A stretch of 64,000 nucleotides of DNA from Centroscyllium fabricii (GCA_051313645.2 JBNRSN020000357.1:248001-312000); one strand, 5' to 3'; numbered from the stretch's first letter, positions 23,701-35,500 are shown. Notes: generated by a model not told the origin, from the sequence alone. Translations and numbers: made by a program.

Positions 23701-25402
23701 GCATAACGGCGGGAGGCCGATCCAGGCGGTGGACCTCCAAATTGACTGTTTGTTCCCACGACAGTCCGATCCCAAGTCCTGCAGTGGGGGCACTCGTCCC
23801 GGCTAACTGGGCATCCAGGAGTCGCCTGGACGCTCGAGTTCGTCCGCAGGAGATTCTGGTGGCCGTCGATCGAGAAAGATGTCTGGTCATTTGCCTTACC
23901 TTGCAGCACCTGTGCCCAGCAGAAAAACCCCAGGACACGTCCACATGGCCTCCTTCATCCACTCCCCATTCCGAACCGTCCCTTCCGTGGACTTTGTCAC
24001 CAGTCTGCCACTGCCCAGGGTAACACTGCCATCGAAGTTGTTGATGACCAGTTCTCCAAGGCCTGCCACTTCATCCCGCTGCCCAAGCTTCCTTCTGCCT
24101 GAGAAACTGCAGAAATTATGGCACAGCATGTCTTCCGTCTACACGGTCTTCCTCTAGACATAGTGTCAGACCGTGGTCCCCAGTTCACTTCCCGGTTCTG
24201 GGAGGCTTTCTGTCATCTCCTGGGTGTGGCAGTCAGCCTCTCCTCGGGTTACCATCCCCAGTCCAATGGGCAAACCGAGAGGGTGAATCAAGACCTGGAG
24301 ACAACCCTGCATTGCTTTGCCTCCTCCAACCCCTCTACTTGGAGCAAACACCTCATTTGGGCAGAATATGCTCACAACACATTACAGAACTCCGCCATTG
24401 CGATGTCCCCATTTGAATGTCAGTTCGGGTACTGACCTCCGTTGGTACCCCCTGTGGGTGTACCATCGGCTGAGTTGTTCGTCCGGCGCTGCCGGAGGAC
24501 CTGGAGAAAGGCTCGTTCTGCACTGCAACTGGTATCACATCGACAGAGGATCCAGGCCAACCGATGACGCAATCCTGACCCTTTGCTCTGGCCCGGGAAG
24601 ATGGTGTGGCTCTCCACCCGGGACCTTCCCCTGTAGGTCGAGTCCCGCAAACTGGCTCCTCACTTCGTCGGTCCATTCAAGATGCTCTGGAAGGTAAACC
24701 CAGTTACCTACCATCTCCTGTTACCTCAATCCATGAGGATCCATCCTTCCTTCCATGTCTCCCAACTCAAACCTGTGTGGACCAGCCCCCTGTCTCCAGC
24801 CACCAGATCACCTCCAGCCCCTCAACTAGTAGGGGGCCAGCCTGCCTACACCATCAGCTGTCTTCTTTGCTCCCGCCGGGTCTGTGGGGGACTCTAGTAT
24901 TTGGTGGATTGGGAGGGCTACGGCCTCAAGGAGCGCTCCTGGGGTCCGGCTCGGGACATCCTGGATCCTGGGCTTATCCGGCATTTCCACCGGTGCCAGC
25001 CAGAGGCTATTGTGGGTATGTCAGGTGCCGTCCCTAGGAGGGGAGGTACTGTCAGGATTCCAGCCACTCGTTCCTCTGCCAACCACCAGAGGGCGGTTTA
25101 GGATGCCTCTGTACCATGCTGCCAAATCTCAGTGACTCTCTCCTCACCTGTGTCTCATTCAAGTAATTATCTTGTTGAAGTAATCAGGCCTGGTATTTAA
25201 GCCAACTATTTCTAGCCCCAGTCACTCGGTCTTGAGGTCTCGTGCCTGCAAGTCACCGAGTTCTGTATGTCCTGTTGGTTCTAGAAATCATTACTTGATC
25301 TGTTGTATGAAGAGCCTTTGAATAAAGTATCTCCTGAGTTCTGCTGCACCTTATGTCTCTGGCTGTTGTTCTGCACCTGGGTACACCACCATACCCGTCA
25401 CA
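20737..25402 (+). mobile_element. Chromovirus (Tf1/sushi-like) Ty3/Gypsy LTR retrotransposon C, two LTRs, decayed ORFs
   Basis: LTRs 20737-21091 and 25050-25402 (TG...CA), TSD GGACC/GCACC, PPT AGGAGGGGAGG before the 3'LTR. Domains: gag (PKRYDG...RVAYIITLLTGRALTWA, EEPMQLG), protease VDSGA, RT FLDD (N-terminal part deleted), RNase H DASDIG, integrase SDRGPQF...[10 protein letters not shown], and chromodomain (YL)VDWEGYG...SW. Numerous stops and frameshifts. Confidence 0.95.
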
Positions 25403-26110
25403 GCACCAGAGGGGACCAGAGGAGCAGAGGGGATGAGAGTGGACAAGAAGGGACGAGAGGGGACAAAGGGAACCAGAGGGGACAGAGGGGACCAGAGGCG
25501 ACAGAGGGGACAAGAGGGGACAAAGGGGATGAGAGGGGATGAGATGGAACAAGTGGGGCAAAGGGGATGAGAGGGGAACAGGGGATGAAAGGAGAAAAGG
25601 GGATAAGAGGGTGATGAAGGGGACCAGAGAGGGTGTGAAGGGGATGAGAGGGTGCGAAGGGGACCAGAGAAGGTGTGAAGGGGCTGAGAGGGGTGATGGG
25701 GCTGAGAGGGGTGTGATGGGGCTGAGAGGGGGTGAATGGGGATGAGAGGGAGTGAATGGGGATGAGAAGGAATGAGAGGGGACAAAGGGGACAAAGGGGA
25801 CAGAAAGGTGATGAAGGGGACGAGAGGGTGATGAAGGGGACCAAAGAGGGTGTGAAGGGGATGCGAAGAGATGAGAGGGGGGCGAGAGGTTGATGGGGCT
25901 GAGAGGGAGTGAATGGGGCTGAGAGCAGGGGCAAATGGTACAAAAGAGGGATGAGAAGGGGATGAGTGTGGGGGGCAATGGGGATGAGAGGGGGCAAAGG
26001 GGATGAGAGGGGGATGAGAGGGAACCAGAGTATGGCAAAGGGGACCAGTGGGTGGTGAAGGAGACCAGATGGGGAAATGAATGAGAGAGGGGGAAATGGA
26101 CGAGTGGGGG
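25403..26110 (+). repeat. Degenerate right edge of the purine-rich array
   Basis: Increasingly divergent GAGAGGGG/GATGAAGGGG/GGGGCTGAGA units fading into unique sequence. Confidence 0.85.
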
Positions 26111-26887
26111 GCGAGCTCTGTAGTGGAGCCAGGAGAACTACTTCTGCTCTGCCTGCTCCATATTCACATAAATATATTTTTAACAAACTTACCTTTTGGT
26201 GGCAGTCTCCAGCTGTCCCTTTTTGGACCACTCGTGAGGTCGCATGTAGACCACCTTTTCCTGAATGCAGCTGTCCAAGCGCTGGTTGGGTTCAGCGCAG
26301 ACCAATTTTGCAAAGGGGGCCTCAAACAGTCATTAGGCCTCTTAGTTGCATATGCAATGAGGCTAATGCTCGTTTCAGTGCTGGCCCTCGATGCCACTTT
26401 TTCTGCCTTCACCAATATGCCAAATAGCGCACTTCTCTTGTGTAACGTGCATGGGCACACCACCTGCCATATTAGACACTTTGGCATCTTTTTTACGCCT
26501 GTAAAGCAGGTGTGGCATCAACCAATTTCTAGCCATATATGTTTGAAGAAGCTCAAATGGTGAATGTATTGACTTGTGAAGAATTAAATTAAAATCCCAT
26601 TGGGAACCAAACATATTATTGAATTCATTTCTGGGATGTGGGCATCGCTGGCAATGCCAGCATTTATTGCCCATCGCTAATTGGCCTTGAGAAGGTGGTG
26701 ATGAGCCACCGTGTGGTGAAGGTACTCTCGCAGTGTTGTTAGGGAGGGAGTTCCAGGATTTTGACCCAGCGATGATGAAGGAATGGCGATATATTTCCAT
26801 GATGTGGAGATGCCAGTGTTGGACTGGGGTGGACAAATGTATGAAGTCACACAACGCCAGGTTATAGTCCTAGAGCTATATTTGAAA

Positions 26888-26924
26888 TCACAAGGTTTCA
26901 GAGCGCTGCTCTTTCATCAGGTGA
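26888..26924 (-). ncRNA. Minimal type I hammerhead ribozyme motif (PLE 1, left arm)
   Basis: Minus strand: UCAC-CUGAUGA-A-AGAGC-AGC-GCUCU-GAAA-CC-UU-GUGA. It has stem I UCAC/GUGA, an intact CUGANGA/GAAA core and a 5-bp stem II. Confidence 0.75.
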
Positions 26925-27713
26925 AGTGAAGAGATGCATATAGGCACAGCATATATAGTCAGAGAACACTGCCAGATGATTACAGGTAATCTTTCCAACT
27001 GCCCTTTATCACACCTCGGCAGAGAGATAATCACAACAATCAAAGTTGTGAATGGTGTCCAAACAGGTCAGTCAGGAAAACATTACATCAAAGAACAATG
27101 AGGTGGGGTCACAAGGGGTCAAATGTTGCAGATGCTGGGGCCTGTATGAAAAACAAAAAAAAACAATAAAAAATAAAAAGAAATTTAAGGTCAAGGACAT
27201 TCAGCCTCCGATATACGGGTAAGCTTTCTCCAAGGCGGCCTTCGAGGCACGCGACAATGCAAAATCGTCAAGCAGAAACTGATAGCCAAGTTCCGCACTC
27301 ATGAGGGCAGCCTCAGCCGGGATCTTGGGTTCATGTCACGCTACATATAACCACACCTGACGTAGGGTCATCCAGACTTGAGTCATCATTGGCTTGTTCT
27401 TTCTACACAGATGCGGCCGGACCTGCTATGACTTCCAGCAAAAAAAATTTTTTTTCATTTTTTAGTGTTTTTTGGTTTTTTTTGTTTTTCATACAGACCC
27501 CAGCATCTGCAACATTTGACCCCTTGTGACCCCACCTCATTGTTCTTTGATATAATGTTTTCCTGACTGACCTGTTTGGACACCATTTACACCTTTGATT
27601 GCTGTGATTATCTCTCTGCCAAGGTGTGATAAAAGGCAGTTGGAAAGATTACCTGTAATCATCTAGCATTGTTTTCTGACTATATATGCTGTGCCTATAT
27701 GCATCTCTTCACT

Positions 27714-27750
27714 TCACCTGATGAAGGAGCAGTGCTCCGAAAGCTTGTGA
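27714..27750 (+). ncRNA. Minimal type I hammerhead ribozyme motif (PLE 1, right arm)
   Basis: UCAC-CUGAUGA-A-GGAGC-AGU-GCUCC-GAAA-GC-UU-GUGA. The palindromic AAGCUU stem III region is typical of dimer-acting PLE hammerheads. Confidence 0.82.
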
Positions 27751-28209
27751 TTTAAAAAAAAGCTGTTGGACTATAACCTGGTGTGATATATTTCCAAGTC
27801 AGGATGGTATGTAACTTGGAGGGGACCATGCACATGATGATGTCCCATGAGCCTGCTGCCCTTGTCCTTCTCAGTGGCAGAGGTCACAGGCTTGGGAGGT
27901 CATGAAATACTGAAATAGCAGCAATATGATCTCAAATTGGGTTTTAAAATGACTTCTAACAAATTATATAAATATTTATAGGAATTCCAGGGAACTTGGA
28001 TTATCACTGGAATTTTCAGAAGCTAAGATCCTTGGAAGACCTAGACTAAGGGACTCCCAGCACAGAATCATAACAGCTAATTGAGAAAAGGGCTCAGACA
28101 TGCAGAATGGCCAGGAAGTTCTGGGGCAGATTTTTTTTCCCTGTAGGGAAGCCTGCAGTGCTTATCTGGTCTGGCCTGTATGTAACACCAGTTCCACACC
28201 AAGGACAAT

Positions 28210-28395
28210 GGCATCAGGTGCATGTGAACACCATCACGTCCAGGTTGCTCTCCAAGTCACACACCATCCTGATTTGGATATATATCATCATTCTTTCATT
28301 GTTGCTGGGTCAAAATCCTGTAACTTGCTACCTAACAGCATTGTAGGAGTACTTTCACATCATGGACTGCAACAATACAAAAATGTGGCCCATTA
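28210..28395 (+). mobile_element. CR1/L2-group LINE 3' fragment
   Basis: HHPDLDIYHHSFIVAGSKSCNLLPN, homologous to the minus-strand fragment at 26630-27900. Confidence 0.6.
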
Positions 28396-29604
28396 ACTGA
28401 CCACTAAAATGATGACTGGGGTATTATTCAGGGTCTCCACGAGCCTGGCCTATTTGGGAACAGATCCCATGCCTTCTGTGTGTCAATCAAAATCCAAGGA
28501 CTATGAGAAGCAGAAATGGGAAACCTTTATACACATTCCTTGTTGTGGTCTATGTTAGATCTAGAAAAAAGGCCACTGGAAATAGAACATTGAGCTATTA
28601 AGTAACCCATGTGCTAAAAACTCTTCTGTAAATGTGGAACTTTTGTCCATCATTGGCAGTTTGTCCAACGCCCCTCCCCACAGTTCCTAATTGCCTGCAG
28701 GTCAATGGGGGAATTATCAAGTGTTTTTTTTGATACACTCGCTGCAGGGGTCAACCTGAAGCTCCTACAGGAGACATCGTGTTTTTTTTTATCAAGTTGG
28801 CTAAAATACTAATTAATTGGCTGAGGGATTTTAATCATTTGTGAAAGGATTGAGCAAACTCATAGCACACATGGGAAACCAATTCACAAAACCAATGTAT
28901 ATTGACCTAGAAACAAAGTAGACTAGCATCACCTTTCTCAAATCCACCTTTTAAGGATTTAATGAACATTTCTTTGAGTGTGGCACTGCCAAAGAATAGG
29001 GTGCTGATGATGGCCAGTCCTATATAGTTTGTTTTGGGTTGCCCATACCTCATATAAGGGACCAGAAGCACTGGGTTAGGCTTATTTATGGATACTTACA
29101 TAATTTTGGCAGCCCTTTCACTCTTCCTTGGAAGAAAATGTTTGATTTTACATTTTATTTAAACTATTCGTGTGGCTATGTATTGCAAACGGCACCAGTA
29201 CAAGTACATGCTGCTGGTTGGTAGGGGATGCCTAATCATGATGCTTCAGGTATCATGATTGTGTGGGGCAGGCTTGATGAACTAGATGGTCTTTTCCTGC
29301 CAGTCATTTTTGTGTGTTTGTATGTAAGAAAACCTTGATGATGCTTTTCTGAGTGTAACCAGAATATCCTTGTACCAAGATGGCTCCATATTATTGAGTT
29401 TCCTCTTTGGAGATTGGGTGTGTTTCGCCTTTGGCTTATGTATATATTATTTGGTACTAATCAGCATGCTCAGGTTTTATGCCAGCAACCATTTACTGCA
29501 TTTCAAAAATGATCAAATAAATTTAAGGTCAAGTTTATAATATTACTGTACTCTATAAAAAGGAGAGGCATTTTAAATAAGGAGTAGTCACATTTGACTT
29601 TTCT

Positions 29605-30036
29605 TCAATTCAATTTAATTCAATTCAAGTTTTATTGTCATTGCAGAGTACTAGTACAATACAACGAGACGAAGACTCGACTCTCCCGAGAGTAGTGCAA
29701 ATAAATAAATTACATGCAAATTGCATACAGTAAAGTACATTATCAGGCGTGCAGGTACCGGAGTTTCTTTTTAAAGTTCAGGAGGCTGACAGCCCTGGGG
29801 AAGAAGCTGTTCTGAAATCTAGTCGTGCGGGTGCAAATTGCTCTGTAGCGTCTCCCGGAGGGCAGGGGGGCGAACAGACTGTGGCTGGGGTGTGTGGGGT
29901 CTTTAATAATGTTCAGAGACCTCCGTAAGCAGCGTTTGAGGTAGATGCTTTCCATTGACGGTAGCTGTGTACCGGTAATTCGTTGGGCAGTTTTGACTAC
30001 CCGCTGCAGGGTTTTCCGGTCCGAGATAGTGCAATT
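29605..30036 (-). mobile_element. Rex1/Babar-type LINE 3' end, second copy
   Basis: ORF 29743-29955 (YLKRCLRRSLNIIKDPTHPSHSLFAPLPSGRRYR) with the same 3'UTR and AATTG-type tail as 5130-5595. Possible TSD ACTTTT. Confidence 0.85.
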
Positions 30037-31710
30037 ACTTTTAAGTTTCTAATGTTGGAAAAAAACTATCTGTTTTATTGGCTCTTTATTAACGTTAAAA
30101 TGTTGCTGGTATTCCGATGCTTACTAATGGTTCTCCCTCTACACATTTAAGTACATGAGCATAGAAATTCCAATTTGCCTGAACATAGAATAATGAAGTA
30201 CAGTGGTATAACTGGCACTCACTCTCAAAACTTATAATTGAGGTATAACTGCATTGTTTAAAGTCCCCAGTTATCTAATGAAATTGAACCTTGAGGGACG
30301 CCCTAGTGTGTCTTCATTATGCAGAATGCGTTGTTATTGCCCTGACAGATGTTCCCAAGTCCCACTCTCATTAAAAACTTGAAAATGATCATAATACTTT
30401 GGTTTTTCACCACATCACTGAACAATACAAAGAAAATAACTTTCATGTACACACAAAAGCACAGCGCACATGAATGATCCGGGTATTGAGCTTCTAGAAC
30501 ACTTGTGGAAAATATGATTTTACCATAATTTGAACAAGCTAGCCCTGTGGGAAGATCAAATTTGTAGTGACTGCACAACTTACAACTCTAAGGAAAGCAC
30601 TTGTATGTGCAGTAAATTGTTATGGCAACATATTTTGTAAGCTTCCATAGAGATACCTGCATAATGGGAGTGACTGGAATTTCTACACTAATTTAATAAA
30701 CATGTAGGATAACATTAATAGATGGCTAGCAGCCCAATGCAAGATAATAATTGAACAATTGGAATAATTTAAACTGTAAAAATGAAGCTTGAGTGGGTAT
30801 CAACATAATTAGAAAACCAAGATTTAGCCAATACCTTGTACCTTTAATTGCATTTTTTAACTATTTACATCACAGGACAAATATATTAAATCCTATTTAA
30901 AAGGCTGGTTTAAGTTGTTTACCACTTATTAGTTCAATTTTAGGTAGTTCTATTCAGCCACTGGAAAATAAAATTCAAAATCATATAAACAATAAATGTA
31001 ATAAATATGAGTGAAGTTTGACCTAAAGCTGAAAAGCATCATGTAACTTCAGGTAGCTTGTACCTAGCTTTTAGTTGTGGTTGCAGAGTATAGATATTGG
31101 TACATATTATACAAAATCCTCATCTGCTGTCCCCATCTGTGTAAATAGATGTTTTATGCTCTCTTCCACAATTTGCACATCCCTGCTGTTAGATTTAACA
31201 GAATAACTTTCAATGTATTCATAACTCATTATTTATGTAAATATGAGTGTCAGCATCACTGAGTATCTACATCAAGAAAAAAAGGAACCCTGCTTTTTCA
31301 ACTCAAAAGGCCCAACTTGTCTTACGGTGCATTTATCTGCAAGTTTAGTGTCAGTGCAAAGCAATTGGATCATCACACCAATGCAAAACTGGCAGTGAGT
31401 AAATCCGGAGTCAGGGCCTGACTAGATTGCAGAGCACGGTGATCTGAGAATTCCTGAACAATAGTTACACTGCATGGAGTGCCTATCCTGTGCCGTGACA
31501 AAATCTGGTATGCGGTGTTGGACTCTCTGAGCACTGCAAATCTACTTGATCTAAAATTTAAATATTTAGAGAGCAGAGATTCTCTCCTCCTTACTCGATT
31601 TTTTTTTACTTTTCAAGACTATACAAAGCTTTCTCCAGGGCAGTTAAAGTTCCTGGGGGGGCGGGGGGGACTGGCATTGATATAGCCCTGTCACAACCAC
31701 CAATCCCAAA

Positions 31711-32072
31711 ACATTTAACAGCCAATGAAATATAGTCACTGTTGTAATGTAGCAGCCAGTTTGCACTCAGCAAGCTCCCTCAAACAGCTATGTGATAATG
31801 ACCAAATAATCGGCTTTTGTTATGTTGAGTTAAAGGATAAATATTGACCAGGACACCAGGGATAATTCCTCACTCTTCATCGAAATAGTTCCATGATATC
31901 TTTTATATCCACCTAAGAGTGCAGACCTAAGGTTTAATCCGAAAGACAACACCTCCAACAGCAACTCCCTCAGTTACTGCACTGGAGTGTCAGCCGAGAT
32001 TTTTGTGCTCAAGTGGGGCTTAAACCCACAACCTTCTGACTCAGAGGCGGGAGTGCTACTAACTGAGCCACT
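31711..32072 (-). mobile_element. tRNA-derived DeuSINE (SacSINE1-like)
   Basis: Minus-strand head TGGCTCAGTTAG (box A) ... GGTTTAAGCCC (box B). The body is homologous to the copy at 53360-53743. Confidence 0.7.
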
Positions 32073-32189
32073 AGCTGATAAGTAATGCAACCAGAATTCT
32101 ACCTGGCTGAATCCTGTGCTGCAGCATTTGCTCTCAAACCAGTGGATGCAGTGTAAATGCACCCACAATCGTATGGAATTCTATTTATG

Positions 32190-32520
32190 CTCTAAAATGG
32201 GTCGTTATACAACAAAGAAAGCTTAGGCTTTTTAAAAAAAAATGTCCACCCCTTCCTCGCTCCCCCAGGTACACCTAATTTGCTCCTCTTCTGGGCTTTT
32301 GAAGCCGCCTCACTATGACAACCGCCGACATGCCCACGAGTTGGCTTGAACAACAAAAAGTGCAAGAAGCACGCCTCATGGAGTCTGTGACCAAGTGTCT
32401 GGCGGCCGGCACCACGCGCTGTTGCTGTGACTACCGAGTGGAGCCCGGGAGCCAGCCGGCGCAGTGAGTGGCGCGGCTGCAGCCAACAGCAGCGCTCAGC
32501 CAATGGAGAGAGGTGGAGTC
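32190..32520. promoter_or_regulatory. Small CpG/GC-rich island with CCAAT box; candidate promoter or enhancer
   Basis: Locally CpG-dense in an AT-rich background, with CAGCCAATGG at ~32497 and no recognisable TE or CDS. Confidence 0.35.
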
Positions 32521-35500
32521 CAAGGCTAGCTCCACTACACTCTTCGTAAATGGCAGGGTTTAAGAAGTTTCTTCATTATAAATTAGCCATAATATATGTT
32601 TATTTGATATTCCCTCTTTACTTCACCATTAATATTTCCCCACACGATTCGGTATACAATTGGCATCGATTTAAAAAATGACCTCCTCCCTCTCCCCAAT
32701 ATTTTCAGGGCCTTGTCGCATGAAAAGTCTCACTTTGCTCCGCAGCAGTTTGATTTCAGCTTAATTCCATCTATCTAGTCACACTTGAACAAGTCACAGA
32801 GGAAAACGCACTGATCCAAGCCATTACTCTGGAACATACTTAAATATTTGAAATATATACCTTAAATTGTATTTTATTAGTTTTAGCTTTATAGTGTCAA
32901 ATGTTACGAATATATAAGGTTTGTGCTTTTACACAAGTCGTATAACTGGCTATGTGTACTGTAAAAACATTGACACACTTTAATTTAAGCTGGGGCATTT
33001 GTTGATTTTCAGAAAATGGAAGCATGACATTCCGTACACCTTCCTGCATCTCTTTTACTTTAAGCGAATATGCTTAGTTGGATTTTAAACAAATCTCGCT
33101 AAGTTTGTATCCCTGTAATTTTAAAGACGCATGAGATTGCACCAAGTAAGATGTTTTATTTTAGCTCTAGAATCGAAGACGGTGCGATTATGCGGCTAAC
33201 TCTGGAACGTGTGCTAAAGTCGTTGTTTTCCTACTTGGCGATATAGTAGTTTTTAAAATGTGTATGTTTGAAAATAAATTAATACATCTGCAATTCATAC
33301 GCAGATATTCCCGTTTAATAAAATGACGTCTTAACGTCATCACCATTGGTTTTATGCTCAGGCTTTACTTCTTGTGCTCTTATTTATGAATTTCCTGTTT
33401 TAAAGCTGTTTCAAACTTGTATTCCTCTATTAAAAAAATACAAAACGTGGAGTACTTATAATTTGTTATAATAGTTTTCTTTAAGTACTTATTTCAAATC
33501 ATATTTAAAGCAATGACTTTCGGCTTTTAAATAAAAATGCTTACCGTTACACAAAATAAACCGTTTTACAAATGTTCAGCTCTGTTGAGATATAGACCGG
33601 TTACTCCCCAAAGATTCTACTTCCGAGAGTGGAATCACAGAATGGTACAGCGCCGAAGGAGGCTATATTTGTTAAAGATGAGGTTATTCTTGTTATGTTG
33701 ACCTCATTAAAAGGGTATAACAGGTGTGTGTTAACATGGAACCTAGAATGATGTAGTCACCCTGCAATTCTCAAAAAACGAAGACAATTGGCCTGCTGTG
33801 GGATAGGTACAAACCAAAACCGACCAACTACTACAGAATTCGCGTTGTCTTTCTATCCTAGAATGTAATATATATAAACATTTTGTTCTGGTATATTTCG
33901 TTTTAGAAACCCGGGGATTAAGTTAGCGAATGCTACAGTAACCAGTGTCGCACATTACATTTGCACTCGATTTGTACAAAGGGACAGTGGCGGTGTTGCA
34001 TCGAACACCCTGATCATGTGCAAAACTGATAATTCCACTCAGTTACATATTTAGTAATTAATGGACGGACTGTTTTGTTACCTCTTCCAGTAACCAGCGC
34101 AGTTCCGTTTAGACTTTTCCTACAATTAAAATGTTAATCCCGTTACCAAACTGCGTCCTACCGTTAGGTTAATTGAAGCAGCTGAAAAGATAGACCCAAC
34201 ACAACAAGCAAATGCAAGATCTAAAGGCACAGGAAACATGCTAAGCATATTCGGCGCCTAAATTGCATATTTCAAAAAAAAGGGGCAGAAACCATGAATT
34301 TGAATAGTGTGGTTTATTTATACCAGGATAAAATCTATCTGATATTCGACGTCGATGTAAAGCAGGATAAAAAAGAGCAGGAGATGGCACTATGTGTGTC
34401 TGATCACCACGATGGTAGCCACACAAATAAACGAGAGCAGAAAAGATGTGTGTATTTGAGACGATCAAGTCATGAACCGAATGGACCCTCTTACAAACTA
34501 TCACTTGTTTTGTCCTTTCGGTAACACCTGTATTCTGTATGTGGAATTCGATTGAAATATGAATTGCTTCCATTGATATGCTTATTGGAATATGTTTATT
34601 GGAATCTAGTTGAAATATTTATGTTGCTTAGGCGTTATTTCTGATTATTGTATTTTTACTGAAACTTATATGCAAAACATAAAAATATTGTTCATTAATA
34701 GCTGTGTCTATTGTAATAATATAGCTTTCTTCACCTTACGTAAGAAATGTTGCAACGTTGCACTTTGAAGCTTCTAAGAAGAATCAAACACAAATGAGGA
34801 GGAAAATGTAAAACATATTGAGGCATATATTTCAATGTTTATATCGTAGTGACCTATTATTAATCCTATGTTAAAGTAAATAAATTACCAGTGTCAAGCA
34901 CGTTTTTGATTATTCGTTCAGTCAAGGAAGCAATGCAATCATTTTTGCTGAATGGATTCCCCTCCTCGCTATGTATATTGTCATTTTAAGTTCACGGACT
35001 GGCAATAGAGCCACACAGTTGGACCGATTAAATAATGTGTTTATTAATTATTTGGGGAAATATTTCAAATGTTAATGTTAACGAGATATTTTCTGCTTTC
35101 TTGTTATGTGCCAATATTTCAAATTTCGTCCATTTAAAATGCACAAAAAACAAATATTAACATATTATTAGTCCCTTACAAAGCCTCTCCAATGTTAATT
35201 TCTGCTAAGAGTGGCAATTCTTCCATTTAGTGACAGTAAGTCAAATAAATTGTGTAGCCTTTGTATAATTTCGTATAGAATTAGAAATCTAGACAAAATA
35301 TGTTCTGTGGCAAATTTCATAAACAGATCGTCCCAAGAACAATATATTTCAATGGCTTTTTGCATGCATTGATCTGCATAGTAATCGATATCATGAATGG
35401 TTTCAAATATAGGCTGCTTTGTGCCCGACACCGCTGAGAGATGTTCATTGCAAAATGTTTGCATTCTTCAAAATGTACACTTTAAATTGGTCAAGATGTC

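Larger units (their letters stand above)
26800..27784. mobile_element. Penelope-like element (PLE) 1: inverted pseudo-LTRs around a GIY-YIG endonuclease C-terminal fragment
   Basis: Arms ~26854-27186 and ~27445-27784 are reverse complements. The centre encodes GHSASDIRVSFLQGGL...KLIAKFRTHEGSLSRDLGFMSRYI* (27195-27350, +). 12-bp TSD GATATATTTCCA at 26788-26799 and 27785-27796. Confidence 0.88.
26630..27900 (-). mobile_element. CR1/L2-group non-LTR retrotransposon 3' fragment, split by a Penelope-like insertion
   Basis: Minus-strand RT C-terminal motif YRHSFIIAGSKSWNSLPN. The flanks rejoin at the duplicated GATATATTTCCA. A related + strand copy lies at ~28210-28395. Confidence 0.7.

Noticed and set aside
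20919-24990. Domesticated PEG10/RTL-like gene
   Set aside because: It has both LTRs, a PPT, a TSD and many stops and frameshifts, so it is a decaying retrotransposon.
1-26110. Array as a CRISPR locus, telomere or immunoglobulin switch region
   Set aside because: No constant repeat with unique spacers, no TTAGGG, no AGCT/GAGCT enrichment and no Ig exons in the window.
30303-30578. Possible MBIP or SFTA3 exon downstream of NKX2-1
   Set aside because: There is an acceptor-like TTGTTCAG, but no frame gave a recognisable protein.
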